From contig CAVUXE010000037.1 in NCBI GenBank assembly GCA_963745235.1, positions 128,001 to 192,000 on the forward strand: a stretch of 64,000 nt of DNA, in the 5' to 3' direction. Shown piece after piece: positions 48,351-59,632 of this stretch (the stretch's first letter is position 1; each line of letters begins with the position of its first letter). Source of the DNA: an uncultured Spirochaetota bacterium (GTDB lineage Bacteria; Spirochaetota; Spirochaetia; SZUA-6; Fen-1364). The notes under the pieces were generated by a model. The model was given only the letters and a program-made list of their open reading frames with translations. It had not been told where the DNA came from and did not search any database. The translations under genes were made by a program, and so were the position numbers.

Positions 48351-50832
48351 ATGCAGCAGGACTCTGCCTACTTCCTGGAAGCCAGCGCAAAGACCAGAAA
48401 CCTCGGGCTCGCCATGAGCATGATACTGGTGATCGTGCTGCCGGTATTCCTGTACCTCGATTCTACAACGCCGCAGCTGCACGGCATTCGGTGGTGGAGG
48501 ATCGGGGCAACCGTGCCGGCCCTCATTTTCGTGTTCTACGCATTCTTCCTGTTCCCGAAACACCGCCGCTTCGCCATTCCGCTCCACATGGCGCAGCTCG
48601 CCGGATTGATGATCATGATGTGCGGGATCAGCGCAGAGCTGGCCGCCCGGCCGGAGTTTCCGCAATTCGGACGGACCGCCCTCATTTCCTCTCTCATCAT
48701 CTGCATCTTCGCGGACTTCGCATTTGCCGCGGGGGCGCGCAAGTACCTTGGGGCAATTCTCATGCTGCCCTTGGCGGCCATGAGCGTGTATCTCGTTGCC
48801 GCGGGGAAGTCCCTGACGCACATGGAGCTGCTGTGGATCATCATCAACCCCGTGACAATGGCCGTTGTGCTTTCCGCGCTCGCCCTGTACCAGGAAAGAT
48901 CCAGCGCGAAGGAGTTCACCGTCCGCTCGGAGTTGAAACGCGCCGAAGGTGCGCTTCGCGAAAGCGAGAAGAAATACCACGAGCTCTTCGAGAACGCGGA
49001 GGTGGGCATGTTCCAGATGGAGCCTCGCGGCTTGAAAATCATCGACGTGAACCGCACGTGCCTGGAGCTCACAGGGCGAGCTCGTGAGGAGATGATCGGC
49101 AGCTCTTCAGCAATCCACTGGGCGGACCCACGCGAACATGAAGAGATGATGCGTGTGCTCGCCCGTGACGGCCATGTCACGAACTTCGAGTGTCGGATCG
49201 TCAACGTCCGCGGGAAAGACCGAAGTTGCATAGCCTCGCTGAGCCCGCATTCCGAGCTGCAGGTCCTCGAAGGATCCCTCCTTGATATCACCGAGCGCAA
49301 GCGCCTGGAGGCAGAACGCGAAGGGATGCTCCAGCGGCTGGAGTTTGTGATGGCGACAACGCAGACGGGTCTGGACATCATCGACGAAGGCTACGTCGTG
49401 CAGTATGTGGATCCCGCGCGGCGGAGGGTTTTTGGTGATCCGAGAGGCCAGCGCTGCTACGAGTACTTCCGCGGAAAATCCTCCCCCTGCGACGGCTGCG
49501 CGATGCAGGACGCTTTGAAGACCCGGCAGGTCCAGGTCCGGGAGCAGACTCCCCCCAGCAGCAACCGACCCACCCAGACCACGTCTTTGCCGTACCAGGA
49601 TGATTCCGGGAAATGGTTTGTCGCAGAGGTGCTGGTGGATATTTCGGAGCGCAAAAGGGTCGAAGCGGAGCGCCTTGATCTTGAGCGCCACATGGCTGAA
49701 TCACAAAGACTGGAAGGACTGGGAATCCTTGCCGGAGGGGTTGCGCACAACTTCAACAATCTCCTGACGGTCATACTCGGCCATGCGGAGCTGCTGAAGG
49801 AAGCGCTTCCACGAGACCCTGCCACAACCTCCTCGGTCCAGGAGATTCTCAAGGCGGGGGATCGATCACGTGAGCTGGTCAGCCGGCTGCTCTCATTGGG
49901 CAGACGGCAGGTCCTGGAATTGCGGCCCCTGGACGTGAACGCGGTGATCAGGGAATCCGGCGCAATGCTTCGCCAGGCGCTTCGCGAAAACATCTCCCTG
50001 GACCACCGCCTTTCGACTTCTCCGTGCCCCGTGGCCGCCGACCCGGCGCGAATCGAGCAGGTCCTTCTGAACCTCGCTTTGAACGCGCAGGATGCGATGC
50101 CACGGGAAGGGCGAATCGAGATAGCGACCACTGAGGTACTGCTTGAAGGAGCGTTGGCTCGGCGCTACAACGACCTCCCGCCTGGCCGCTACGTCCAGCT
50201 TGGTTTCAGCGACACGGGGCAGGGAATGGACAAGGAGACATTGACGAAGATCTTCACCCCATTTTTCACGACGAAGGAGCAGGGCAAAGGCACGGGGCTG
50301 GGGCTCTTTACCGTATACGGGATCGTGAAGCAACACAACGGCACCATTCGAGGTGGAAAGCCACCTCGGGGCCGGGACGCGATTCTCGATCTACCTCCCG
50401 CGAATTGAGCTCCCCGCGGAAGAAGCCCCACCTGCCAGGGAGATGCCCAGGGCAGAAGGCAGGGAAACGATCGTGCTCGTGGAGGATGAAGAACCCATTC
50501 GCAGGATGCTCTCACACCAGCTTCGAAGTCTCGGATACACGGTGATGGAAGCTTCCGACGGCATCGCCGCCCTCCAGGTTCTCTCAGAGCATGGAAAGGC
50601 CGCACACATCCTTGTCACTGACGTTGTCATGCCGGGAATGAACGGGACTGACCTGCGCGACCACCTGCGAAAACAAATGCCTCACCTCAAGGTGCTGTTC
50701 ATGTCCGGATATGCCAAAGAGGTGCTCAGCTCGCACTTTCCGGGAGAGAAGGACATGGAGCTGATGACGAAGCCCTTCACGGGGCGAGCCCTGGCGTCCA
50801 GGATTCGGGAAATCCTCGGCGGTCAGAAGTAG
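48351..50832 (+). CDS. Membrane-bound PAS hybrid histidine kinase with receiver domain, frameshifted near 50350
   Basis: About six N-terminal TMs, two PAS domains, 'AGGVAHNFNNLL', '[15 protein letters not shown]'; continues as 'VESHLGAGTRFSIYLP...ETIVLVEDE' in ORF 50353-50832. Confidence 0.88.
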
Positions 50833-51464
50833 ACTTCGGCAAAAATGCGGGAGGCGGGAACGCCGCAGCCCCGCAGGATGGCGTAGCACTCGTAGATCAT
50901 GTCGCTGTTCCCGCAGAGATAGCACAGCCGTGTGGCCTCCACCTGGCTCTCGCGAAGGTGCGCGGTCACGCGACCGCCTCGCCATCGTGTCTCCCCCCCG
51001 GGGGGCTCGGCCCCGCTGACGCAGGCAGTGAGCCTGTGAGGATCGAATACCTCATGATCGTAGAGCTGCCGGGGGGAGCGAACGCCGTGAAGGAGGGTGT
51101 AGTCGAGGCCCGGATAGCTCAGGGCAAAGCAGTGGAAGGGGGACACGCCCGTTCCGGTGGCGACAAAGAGGAACTTCCCCCCCGTAGCACCTCGATCGAT
51201 GAGGAATGAGCCGTGGGGGCCGTCCACCTGGAGCAGATCCCCTTCACGGCAGCGATGGAGGTCCCGGGATACCGTGCCGCCTTCCACTTCTTTGACCAGC
51301 ACTTCGATGAAATCCTCCGAGGGCGCGGAGTAGATCGTGTACTCACGGCGCTCGATGCTCCCGGTACGGCCAAGGTTGATCCATTGGCCGGCGCGAAAGT
51401 CCAGCCCGCCACGCTCCAGCCGAAGGACGAAGGCGCTGTCAGAGATCTGGCGGTTGCTGATCAC
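50823..51464 (-). CDS. Ferredoxin/flavodoxin-NADP+ reductase-like FAD-binding oxidoreductase; start uncertain
   Basis: 'FRAGQW', 'REYTIYS', 'GPHGSF', 'ATGTGVSPF', 'YLCGNSDM', terminal 'EVYF'. Confidence 0.88.
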   Translation of the reverse strand: MISNRQISDSAFVLRLERGGLDFRAGQWINLGRTGSIERREYTIYSAPSEDFIEVLVKEVEGGTVSRDLHRCREGDLLQVDGPHGSFLIDRGATGGKFLFVATGTGVSPFHCFALSYPGLDYTLLHGVRSPRQLYDHEVFDPHRLTACVSGAEPPGGETRWRGGRVTAHLRESQVEATRLCYLCGNSDMIYECYAILRGCGVPASRIFAEVYF

Positions 51465-51533
51465 CCGATGCGCGCGACCCGGGCAAGGGTTGCGTGTGAG
51501 CCGCCGGGAAAGACCCGCGGGGAGCGGCCTCTC

Positions 51534-52478
51534 TCACGAGGAAGCAGGCTGCCGTGCGGCGGCTTTCGCCGCGCGGAGCTCGGCAAGGTGCTGCTGGAAT
51601 CCCTGGAACTGGACATCGGCGTGATAGGAGGAGCGGACAAAAGGCCCGGCCTCGCAATAGAGGAAGCCTTTCTCCATGGCGATGCCCTTGAGCCTCTGGA
51701 ACTCCGTGGGCGTCCAGTAGCGGCGCACCGGGATGTGGTTGCGCGTGGGCTGGAGGTACTGGCCGATGTTCACGACGTCCACGCCGCAGGAGCGAAGGTC
51801 AGTGAGAGTCTCCTCCACTTCCTCCGAGGTCTCTCCCAGGCCGAGCATGATGCTGGACTTGGTCACCATGTCCGGGGCGAGCCTGCGCGAAACGCGGAGG
51901 AACTCCAGTGACCGCTCGTAGCTTGAGCGCGAGCGGACCCGGGGGGTCAGCCTGCGCACGGTCTCCACGTTGTGGCTGATGATGTCAGGGCCGCTCTCGA
52001 CCACAGCGCGGATTGCATCTTCAGACCCCATGAAGTCCGAGGTCAAGACCTCCACGGAACAGTCCGGGGCGCGCCAGCGAAGGGCCCGAACGGTGGCGGC
52101 CATGATGGAGGCCCCGCCGTCGGGAAGGTCATCCCTGTTCACCATGGTCACGTGGACATGCTTCAGCTTCATGTGTTCAACGGCGCCTGCCACCCGCAGG
52201 GGCTCCAGCGTGTCCACTTCGCCGGGAAGACCCGTGTTCACGGCGCAGAACCGGCACCGCCGGGTGCACGTATCTCCGAGGATCATGAAGCTCGCCGTGC
52301 GCAGTGTGCCCCAGCACTCCTGGAGGTTCGGGCAGCGGGCCTCCTCGCACACGGTGTGCAGGGTCTCCGCGCGCATGAGCTTCTTCAGGAAGTGATAGTT
52401 GTCAGTGGTATTGAGTCGGATCTTCAGCCATTCGGGCTTGCGTCGGGACACCGCCGGGTCAGACATTCCTTCCCTCAC
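51534..52478 (-). CDS. lipA: Lipoyl synthase
   Basis: 'RKPEWLK', CX4CX5C ([12 protein letters not shown]), CX3CX2C (CTRRCRFC), 'GQYLQP', 'VRSSY'. Confidence 0.97.
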   Translation of the reverse strand: MREGMSDPAVSRRKPEWLKIRLNTTDNYHFLKKLMRAETLHTVCEEARCPNLQECWGTLRTASFMILGDTCTRRCRFCAVNTGLPGEVDTLEPLRVAGAVEHMKLKHVHVTMVNRDDLPDGGASIMAATVRALRWRAPDCSVEVLTSDFMGSEDAIRAVVESGPDIISHNVETVRRLTPRVRSRSSYERSLEFLRVSRRLAPDMVTKSSIMLGLGETSEEVEETLTDLRSCGVDVVNIGQYLQPTRNHIPVRRYWTPTEFQRLKGIAMEKGFLYCEAGPFVRSSYHADVQFQGFQQHLAELRAAKAAARQPASS

Positions 52479-53524
52479 TCTCCGTCACCGTTGTTTTGAA
52501 ATTGGAGGACGCTGACACGGGCAGCAATTGCCCGGGCAAGCCGACGAAATGCCGCCGCGGACTCCAGGGGCTCCTCCACGGTCACTGGTGGCCTTCCCTC
52601 GTCTCCCAACCGGGAGACTGCGGGGTCCAGGGGGATGCGCCCCAGGAACGGGACCTCCATTTCCTGGGCGGCCCGCTCTCCGCCGCCTTCGCCAAAGACC
52701 TCTCCCGCCATGTTCTCAACGATCCCCAGGATGGGAACGTTCAGCTTCTTGAAGGCGGTCACGCCCCTGCGGGCATCGCTCACGGAAAGCATCTGCGGCG
52801 TTGTGACCACGACTCCGCCCGTGAGAGGGACCAGTTGCGCAACGCTGAGCTGCGCGTCCCCCGTGCCCGGCGGCAGGTCCACGATCAGGTAGTCCAGCTC
52901 GCCCCAGACCACCTCCGTGAACAACTGCTGGAGAGCCCCGTGGATCATGGGCCCCCTCCACACGAGGGCCTCGGTCTCGGAGACAAGAAAGCCCATGCTC
53001 ATGACGAGGACCCCATGGGCCCGTGCCGGGACGATCTTTTCTTTCAACGGAGGCGGAAGCTGCTGGATGCCCATCAGCGTAGGGACATTCGGGCCGTAGA
53101 TGTCAGCGTCCAGGAGACCGACTGCCGCGCCGGACTGCGCAAGCCCCACGGCGAGGTTGACCGCAACGGTTGACTTTCCCACGCCGCCTTTGCCGCTTCC
53201 CACGGCGACGATCGTCTTGATGGGCAGCTTCAGCTTGTCCATGATCCGACGGTCGGCCCGCATGCGGGCGTCGAACCCGACCTGGATCTGGCCGACGTCC
53301 GGCATGAAGTCGCGGATGGCCTTTTCACTGTCCTGCTTGAGCTTGTCCTTCAAAGGGCACGCGGGGGTGGTGAGCGTTATGGTGAAGCTGACATCCCTGC
53401 CGCTGATGCGTATGTCGCGGATGAAGTCCAGGGAAACGAGGTCCTTGTGAAGGTCGGGATCCTGGACAGTGCTCAGGGCCTCCCTGATGCGCTCCACGGA
53501 CACCGCGTTCTCAGTTGTTGGCAC
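52475..53524 (-). CDS. mrp: Mrp/ApbC/NBP35-family Fe-S carrier ATPase with N-terminal DUF59 (FeS assembly P) domain
   Basis: 'VQDPDL', 'LTTPACP', 'GKGGVGKST', 'LDADIYGP', 'WRGPM', 'DLPPGTGD', 'TTPQ', 'VENM'. Confidence 0.93.
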   Translation of the reverse strand: MPTTENAVSVERIREALSTVQDPDLHKDLVSLDFIRDIRISGRDVSFTITLTTPACPLKDKLKQDSEKAIRDFMPDVGQIQVGFDARMRADRRIMDKLKLPIKTIVAVGSGKGGVGKSTVAVNLAVGLAQSGAAVGLLDADIYGPNVPTLMGIQQLPPPLKEKIVPARAHGVLVMSMGFLVSETEALVWRGPMIHGALQQLFTEVVWGELDYLIVDLPPGTGDAQLSVAQLVPLTGGVVVTTPQMLSVSDARRGVTAFKKLNVPILGIVENMAGEVFGEGGGERAAQEMEVPFLGRIPLDPAVSRLGDEGRPPVTVEEPLESAAAFRRLARAIAARVSVLQFQNNGDGE

Positions 53525-53639
53525 AAACCCTCCTCGGAAGCATGTTGAACAGGAAGCAGGTTAAATATCACATAAATAGGGGAAGTTGACAAAGCACGGC
53601 TTGACCCGCGCGCATCCTGACCGTGAATATTTGACGTAT

Positions 53640-56600
53640 ATGGAAGAAGTGAAGCTTCCGAGACCGCACCTGCTGAAGGTGTTCGCCGTCCTCTGTCTCC
53701 TTGCGGGCCTTCCCGCCCTTTCCTGGGGACAGTATTTCGAGCGAAACAAGGTGCAGTATGGAGCGCTCGATTTTTCCGTTCTGAAGACCGAGCATTTCCA
53801 GATCTATCACTATCCGCAGGGCGCCCCGGCCGTGATGGACGCCGCGCGCATCCTGGAGAGCGCGTACGCCCACCATGCAGATATCTTCGGCTACGGGATC
53901 AAGGGCCCGCAGAAAGTGATCCTGTACGACAGCTTTATCGACTTCGAGCAGACCAACGTCATCCCCGGCATCATCTCACTGGGGGAAGGAGGCGTGACAG
54001 AGGGCCTCGGGCGGAGGATTGTCCTCCCGCTCACGGGCACCTACAGCGAGAATGCCCACGTGCTTGCGCACGAGCTCGTTCACGCTTTCCAGTTCGAGAA
54101 GATGAACCCCCTGGGGTTGTTCGCTGCATCTTCCCAACCCCTGCCCCTGTGGTTCATCGAAGGCCAGGCGGAGTATCTCTCCCTCGGACCGGATGATCCC
54201 CTGACGGACATGTGGATGCGGGATGCCGTTCTCAATGATGACATCCCCAGCATTGGAGACCTCGCCTCGAAGCAGGGCAAATACTTCCCCTACCGATTCG
54301 GGGATGCCGTCTGGTATTGGATCGACAGAGGCTGGGGAAAGACTGGCATGCGGGATTTCTTCATCGATGCAACCGAAAAGGGCATCCCGAGCGCCGTGAC
54401 GACCGCTCTCGGCGTGAAAACCATGGATGATTTCTCCGCCCGCTGGAAGGGAGACTTCCTGATCACCTACAGGCCGAAGATCGCAGGGCGCGCGACCCCC
54501 GCGGAGGTGGGCCACGTGCTCCCGGGGCTCAAGAGCGGCCTGAACCTCAGCCCCGTCATCAGTCCGGACGGCAAATACATCGCAGTTTTTTCCCTGCGCA
54601 ACCTCTTTGGCCTGGACCTTTACCTGACGGACGCGAAAACGGGAGAGGTTCTCAAGAACCTCTCCAGCTCCGACAGCGACGCGCGCTACGACGTCCTGAA
54701 CTTCATCGACTCCGCGGGGACCTGGTCGCCTGACTCGCGCTCCTTTGCCTTCGTCGTTGAAAAGGGCGGCAAGGATGCGGTGGCAATTGTCGAGGTGCCC
54801 TCGGGAAAGCTTCAAAAAATCATCTCTCTGGACGTCAAGGGAGCGGCGGGGTTGGCCTGGTCCCCTGATGGCTCACGGATCGCGTTGTCAGCCACGCAGG
54901 AGGCGCTGAGGGACATCTACCTCCTTGATCCCGCCACCGGAGCCCTCGAGCGTCTCACCAGCGGCTGGCACACGAAGCTCCAGCCTGCATGGTCTCCCGA
55001 CGGAAAGACGCTGGCATTTGCCACCGACCAGGGGGCCCACACGGACCTCGCCACCCTCACTTTCCAGTCGATGAACATCGGGCTCCTGGACATGCAGACA
55101 CGGGAAACCCGGATCATAGCCGTCAAGGATGGAGCCCGGCACATCAACCCGCTGTTCACATCGGACGGGAAAGACCTGTACTTCATAGCGGACACTGACG
55201 GCTACAGCGACTTGTATAGATACGACCTTACGACGCAGCAGTTCTTCCGCGTGACCAACCTCGCTACCGGCATCAGCGGTCTCACGATACTCTCCCCGTG
55301 CCTGTCCCTGGCAGGATCAACGGGCAACCTGGTCTTCACCATCTTCAACAAAAAGAAGTACGAGGTGCACGTGCTCGCCATGGACCAGGCACAGGGCACG
55401 CCCGTGAGCCTGGAGGGCGCCATCAATGCCCCGTCCCTCCCCTCGGAAATCACCTCGGGCAAGATAGAATCCCTGCCTGTTCTCCAGAACACCAGGCTGT
55501 TTCACTACTCCCCCGCGTTCTCTCTCCTGGCAATCAGCCAGGTCGGGGTGGGCTTCGGTGTGAGCCCCTTCGGCACGAGCGTGGGCGGGGCCGCGGCATT
55601 TTCCTTTGCCGACGTGCTGGGGAACCACCAGATCGATACCGCGGTCCAGGCGTCGGGCTCACTCGACAGCGTGGGGGCCCAGCTGGACTACGTCAACCGC
55701 AGCGACCACATCAACTGGGGAGCTGTCGTAGCGCACATCCCGCAGCTCTACTACACGGCCCTGACTCCGCCCTTCCCCGTCGCAGGCGCGGATACCGGGA
55801 TCCTGCAGCAGGTCATCTTCCAGGAGGAGGCGGACCTGTTCGCCCAATACCCCGTCACGATCAATCGTCGCTGGGAATTGGACGTCGGCTACACGCGCTA
55901 CTGGTGGGAGGGGACCATCCCCGCCTACTACTACCAGGGCGGCGTGCTCGTGGAGACCGACCAGGTCTCCTACCTCACTCCGCCGCCGCTGGATCTCGCC
56001 CACGCCGGGCTGGCGTACGTCGGGGACTATTCCTTTTTCGGCTTCACGGGCCCCATCAGGGGCTCTCGCTACCGGTTCGAGATGGACGGAGATATCGGAA
56101 CCACGTATTACCTCACCGCCCTCGGGGACCTCCGGGAATACCTGTTCCTGAATCCCGTCACCATTGCCTTTCGCGCGGTTTCTATCGGCCGGTACCTCGG
56201 CGGCGCGGACAACCAGACCCTGACCCAGTTCTATCTCGGGGAACCCGACCTTGTGCGCGGGTACGAGTACTATTCCATCCTTTCCATCGAGGGAGCGGGA
56301 ACGAGCGGAAACATTCCCCAGATCAATCGACTCTTCGGATCGAAGATAGCGGTGGTCAACCTGGAGGTGCGCGTTCCCGTCCTGGGAAACGATCAGTTCG
56401 GGATCCTGAGCTTCCCGTACCTCCCGGTGGACCTGGTCGGGTTCGTTGATGGAGGAGTCGCCTGGACGGAGAGCGATTATCCCGCCCTCGAGCTTTCCAC
56501 GGACCAGTACGCGCGCATTCCCGTGTTCAGCGCAGGGGCGGCGCTCCGGATCAACCTCCTGGGCGCGCTGGTATTTCAAATCTACTGGGCATGGCCCTTC

Positions 56601-56654
56601 GAGCGCCAGAACATCGGAGGCTCCTGGGGGCTCGTCCTCGAATCCGGCTGGTGA
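53640..56654 (+). CDS. Omp85-family outer membrane protein with N-terminal zincin-like peptidase (HExxH) domain and TolB-like PD40 beta-propeller
   Basis: Signal peptide; 'AHELVHAFQ...PLWFIEGQAEY'; repeated 'SPDG/WSPD'; barrel with 'VRGY', 'NLEVRVP', 'FVDGG.AW', 'SAGAALR', terminal W. Confidence 0.85.
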   Translation: MEEVKLPRPHLLKVFAVLCLLAGLPALSWGQYFERNKVQYGALDFSVLKTEHFQIYHYPQGAPAVMDAARILESAYAHHADIFGYGIKGPQKVILYDSFIDFEQTNVIPGIISLGEGGVTEGLGRRIVLPLTGTYSENAHVLAHELVHAFQFEKMNPLGLFAASSQPLPLWFIEGQAEYLSLGPDDPLTDMWMRDAVLNDDIPSIGDLASKQGKYFPYRFGDAVWYWIDRGWGKTGMRDFFIDATEKGIPSAVTTALGVKTMDDFSARWKGDFLITYRPKIAGRATPAEVGHVLPGLKSGLNLSPVISPDGKYIAVFSLRNLFGLDLYLTDAKTGEVLKNLSSSDSDARYDVLNFIDSAGTWSPDSRSFAFVVEKGGKDAVAIVEVPSGKLQKIISLDVKGAAGLAWSPDGSRIALSATQEALRDIYLLDPATGALERLTSGWHTKLQPAWSPDGKTLAFATDQGAHTDLATLTFQSMNIGLLDMQTRETRIIAVKDGARHINPLFTSDGKDLYFIADTDGYSDLYRYDLTTQQFFRVTNLATGISGLTILSPCLSLAGSTGNLVFTIFNKKKYEVHVLAMDQAQGTPVSLEGAINAPSLPSEITSGKIESLPVLQNTRLFHYSPAFSLLAISQVGVGFGVSPFGTSVGGAAAFSFADVLGNHQIDTAVQASGSLDSVGAQLDYVNRSDHINWGAVVAHIPQLYYTALTPPFPVAGADTGILQQVIFQEEADLFAQYPVTINRRWELDVGYTRYWWEGTIPAYYYQGGVLVETDQVSYLTPPPLDLAHAGLAYVGDYSFFGFTGPIRGSRYRFEMDGDIGTTYYLTALGDLREYLFLNPVTIAFRAVSIGRYLGGADNQTLTQFYLGEPDLVRGYEYYSILSIEGAGTSGNIPQINRLFGSKIAVVNLEVRVPVLGNDQFGILSFPYLPVDLVGFVDGGVAWTESDYPALELSTDQYARIPVFSAGAALRINLLGALVFQIYWAWPFERQNIGGSWGLVLESGW

Positions 56655-56657
56655 CCT

Positions 56658-56684
56658 GCCGGCGGCCCGCCGGCGCTTTGTTTT
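56658..56684 (+). terminator. Possible intrinsic terminator after the Omp85 gene
   Basis: GCCGGC-GGCCC-GCCGGC followed by GCTTTGTTTT. Confidence 0.4.
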
Positions 56685-56711
56685 GGACCGGGGTTTTCTT
56701 ACATTTGCCCG

Positions 56712-57290
56712 ATGAAGGGAAAGATTGCAATCATTGGCAAAGGCCACGTGGGGGCCGCGCTGAACGACGGCTTGAAACGGGCGGGATACGAGACGCGCAT
56801 GACCGGCAAGGGGCCCGGCGTGAGGGAGACGGCGGCCTGGGGTGACGTCCTGATCCTGGCGGTGCCTTTCAGCGCCGTCGACGCGGCAGTCGCGGAGTTA
56901 GGGGGAGCCGTTGACGGCAAGGCGGTGGTGGACGTCACCAACGCGATAGGACCGAAGATGGAGCTTGCCCTCGGCTTCACCACCAGCGGGGGAGAGCAAC
57001 TGCAGAAAAAGGCGCCATCTGCCCGGGTGGTGAAGGCCTTCAACACCGTGTTCGCCCAGAATATGAGCACGGGAAAAGTGAAAGGGAAGATGATTTCCTG
57101 CTTCGCTGCCGGCGACGACCAGGCGGCCAGGGCCCAGGTGCTCGAGCTTGCGCGGGACATCGGCTTCGACCCGGTGGACGCGGGACCGCTCGCCAACGCC
57201 CGCTGGCTTGAGGCGATGGGCTATATGCAGATCCAGCTGGGATACGCGCTGGGACTGGGACCCGCCATCGGATTTGCGCTGGTGAGGTAG
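56712..57290 (+). CDS. NADP oxidoreductase, F420-dependent/dinucleotide-binding family
   Basis: 'IIGKGHVG', 'LAVPF', 'VDVTN', 'VVKAFNT', 'AGDD', 'DAGPLANARWLE'. Confidence 0.88.
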   Translation: MKGKIAIIGKGHVGAALNDGLKRAGYETRMTGKGPGVRETAAWGDVLILAVPFSAVDAAVAELGGAVDGKAVVDVTNAIGPKMELALGFTTSGGEQLQKKAPSARVVKAFNTVFAQNMSTGKVKGKMISCFAAGDDQAARAQVLELARDIGFDPVDAGPLANARWLEAMGYMQIQLGYALGLGPAIGFALVR

Positions 57291-57362
57291 AGCCCCGGTA
57301 TCCCCGTTTCCCCCGGTTGACTCCGACCCGCCCCTCGGATACACAGAGGGTACAGGGCCCCA

Positions 57363-59625
57363 GTGAGCCGGGAAAGCGACATCCTGAATCTCATAGCAGA
57401 CGCCGTCCTCGTTTTCGACGATGACTCGGCCCGCGTGGTGGAAGCCAACCGGGCCGCCAGCGGCATGCTGGGATACGAGCGGGATGAGCTGCTCGGCACC
57501 CGCCTGGGCGACCTGTCAGCGGAGCCGGACCAGTCCCTGAGGGCGTTCGGTGAGCGTGTTCACTACATCCCCTTGCGCCGCTACCGCAGGAAAGACGGCA
57601 GCATCATTTCGGTTGAAATCACAACGATGTACGCCCAATGGAAGGGACGCCCGGCTCATGTGGCCACCTACCGGGACGTATCCAAGCGGGAGGAAGCGGA
57701 GCGCGCGCTGCGGGACAGCGAGGAGCACTTCCGGGCCCTGGTGAAGAACCTTGGCGCCGGCGTGTGCATCGTGGACCCCAGGGAGTTCTTCCTCTACGCA
57801 AACCAGGCAGCGGAGAAGATCTTCGGAACCCAGGGGGACCTGGTCGGGAGGAACCTGGGGGAGTTCACGGAGGAGGCGGAGTTCGCAAGGATCCAGGAGG
57901 AGACTGCACGAAGGAAGAGCGGGGAGAAGGGCAGCTACCTCCTGTGGATCCGGCGTCCTGACGGGGAACGGCGCCAGTTGTCCGTCATCGCCAGTCCGCA
58001 GTTCGACACCCAGGGCGGTTTCAGCGGCACCTTCGGCATCTTCCAGGACATCACGGAGCAGGCGCGGCTCGAGCAGAGCCTGCAGAGGGAGCGAAACCTC
58101 CTGCTCACGCTCATCAACAACCTCCCGGACCACATTTACCTGCGGGATAAGGAAGACCGCTTCATCCTGGCCAACCGGGCAGTGGCCGCCTTCATGGGCG
58201 CGGGGGACCCCGAGGCCCTCGTGGGAAAGCGGGATTCGGATTTCTACCCGCCCTCCGTTGCCGAGGTCTTCGCCGCGGACGATCGCCTGATACTGGAAGA
58301 GGGAAAGAGCGTCATCAACCAGGAGCGCTGCGATCGCTCGGCCTCGGGGGAGCTGCGGTGGACCATGACGACGAAAGTGCCCCTGTTCGACGAGTCGGGG
58401 AGCGTAATCGGGCTGGTGGGCGTGAGCCGGGACTTCACCGAGTCCCGGGAAACCAAGGAAGCGCTGCGCCGCAGCCAGGAGCAGCTGCAGCAGGGGCTGA
58501 AGATGGAGGCCATCGGCAGGCTGGCGGGCGGCATTGCGCACGACTTCAACAACCTCCTGACCGTCATCAAGGGATTTGCGGAGCTGATTGACGGCCGACT
58601 GCCGGACGGGCACCCCTCCAAGGTGGAGATCGCTGAAATCAGGGGCGCCTCGCAGAGAGCGGCGCGGCTCACGTCTCAGCTCCTGGCCTTCGGAAGAAAG
58701 CAGATCCTGCAGCCACGGATCGTAAAGCTCAACGACGTGGTCCTTGCCATGCGCAACATGCTTCCCCGCATCCTCGGGGAAGATATCGAGATCACCGTGC
58801 GCCTGTGCGACGACGCGGGCAGCATCCGGGCAGACCAGGGGCAGCTGGAGCAGGTGATCATGAACCTGTCCGTCAACGCGCGCGACGCGATGCCCGGGGG
58901 CGGGCGGCTCACCATCTCCACTGACAATGCGGAGCCGTCGGCCTCCATGAAGCGCGACCACCCCGAGCTCAAACCGGGTCCCTACGTGGCGCTCACCGTT
59001 GTCGACTCGGGAACCGGAATGGACGCCAATACCCTCGCGCGGATCTTCGAGCCCTTCTTCACGACCAAGGAGCTGGGCAAAGGGACCGGCCTCGGTCTGT
59101 CCACCGTCTATGGGATCGTCAAGCAGAGCGGGGGATACATCTACTGTGACTCCGCTCCGGGGAAAGGGACGTCTTTCATCATTTACTTTCCGCGCGTGCG
59201 CGGGGAGGACCCCGAGACGCACGTCGAAGGGCATGCGGAGGTGAAGGGCCCCGGCGAGTGAGACGGTGCTCCTGGTCGAGGATGAGGATGCTCTTCGCGG
59301 ATTCCTTCGCTCGACACTGGAGAGCAACGGTTACACCGTTGTCGATGCGCGGGACGGCGTGTCAGCCCTGGAGCTGCTGTCGAACGGCAGGCGCACCTTC
59401 GACGTCCTGGTCACCGACGTCGTCATGCCCCGCATGGGAGGGCAGGAGCTCGCCCGGCGCGTGCTCCAGGGAAGCCCCGAAACCCGGGTCTTGTACATGA
59501 GCGGCTACGCGGAGGAATCCGTGATGCCTCCGCACCTCGAGGGGCAGCGGGTGGACCTGATCCGCAAGCCCTTTGAAGCCGCTGCCCTGCTCGCCAGGCT
59601 GCGGGAGGTCCTGGACAGGGGGTGA
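57363..59625 (+). CDS. Three-PAS hybrid histidine kinase with receiver domain, frameshifted near 59255
   Basis: Three PAS domains, '[12 protein letters not shown]', '[15 protein letters not shown]'; removing one base restores the canonical linker '[11 protein letters not shown]' into ORF 59266-59625. Confidence 0.9.
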
Positions 59626-59632
59626 GCCCGTT

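Noticed and set aside
56712-57290. Evidence for F420 metabolism
   Set aside because: The family is widespread in bacteria without F420, and no cof/fbi genes occur in the window.
59266-59625. Stand-alone response regulator after the kinase (likewise 50353-50832)
   Set aside because: Single-base correction gives the canonical hybrid-kinase linker, and there is no RBS; these are parts of the upstream kinases.
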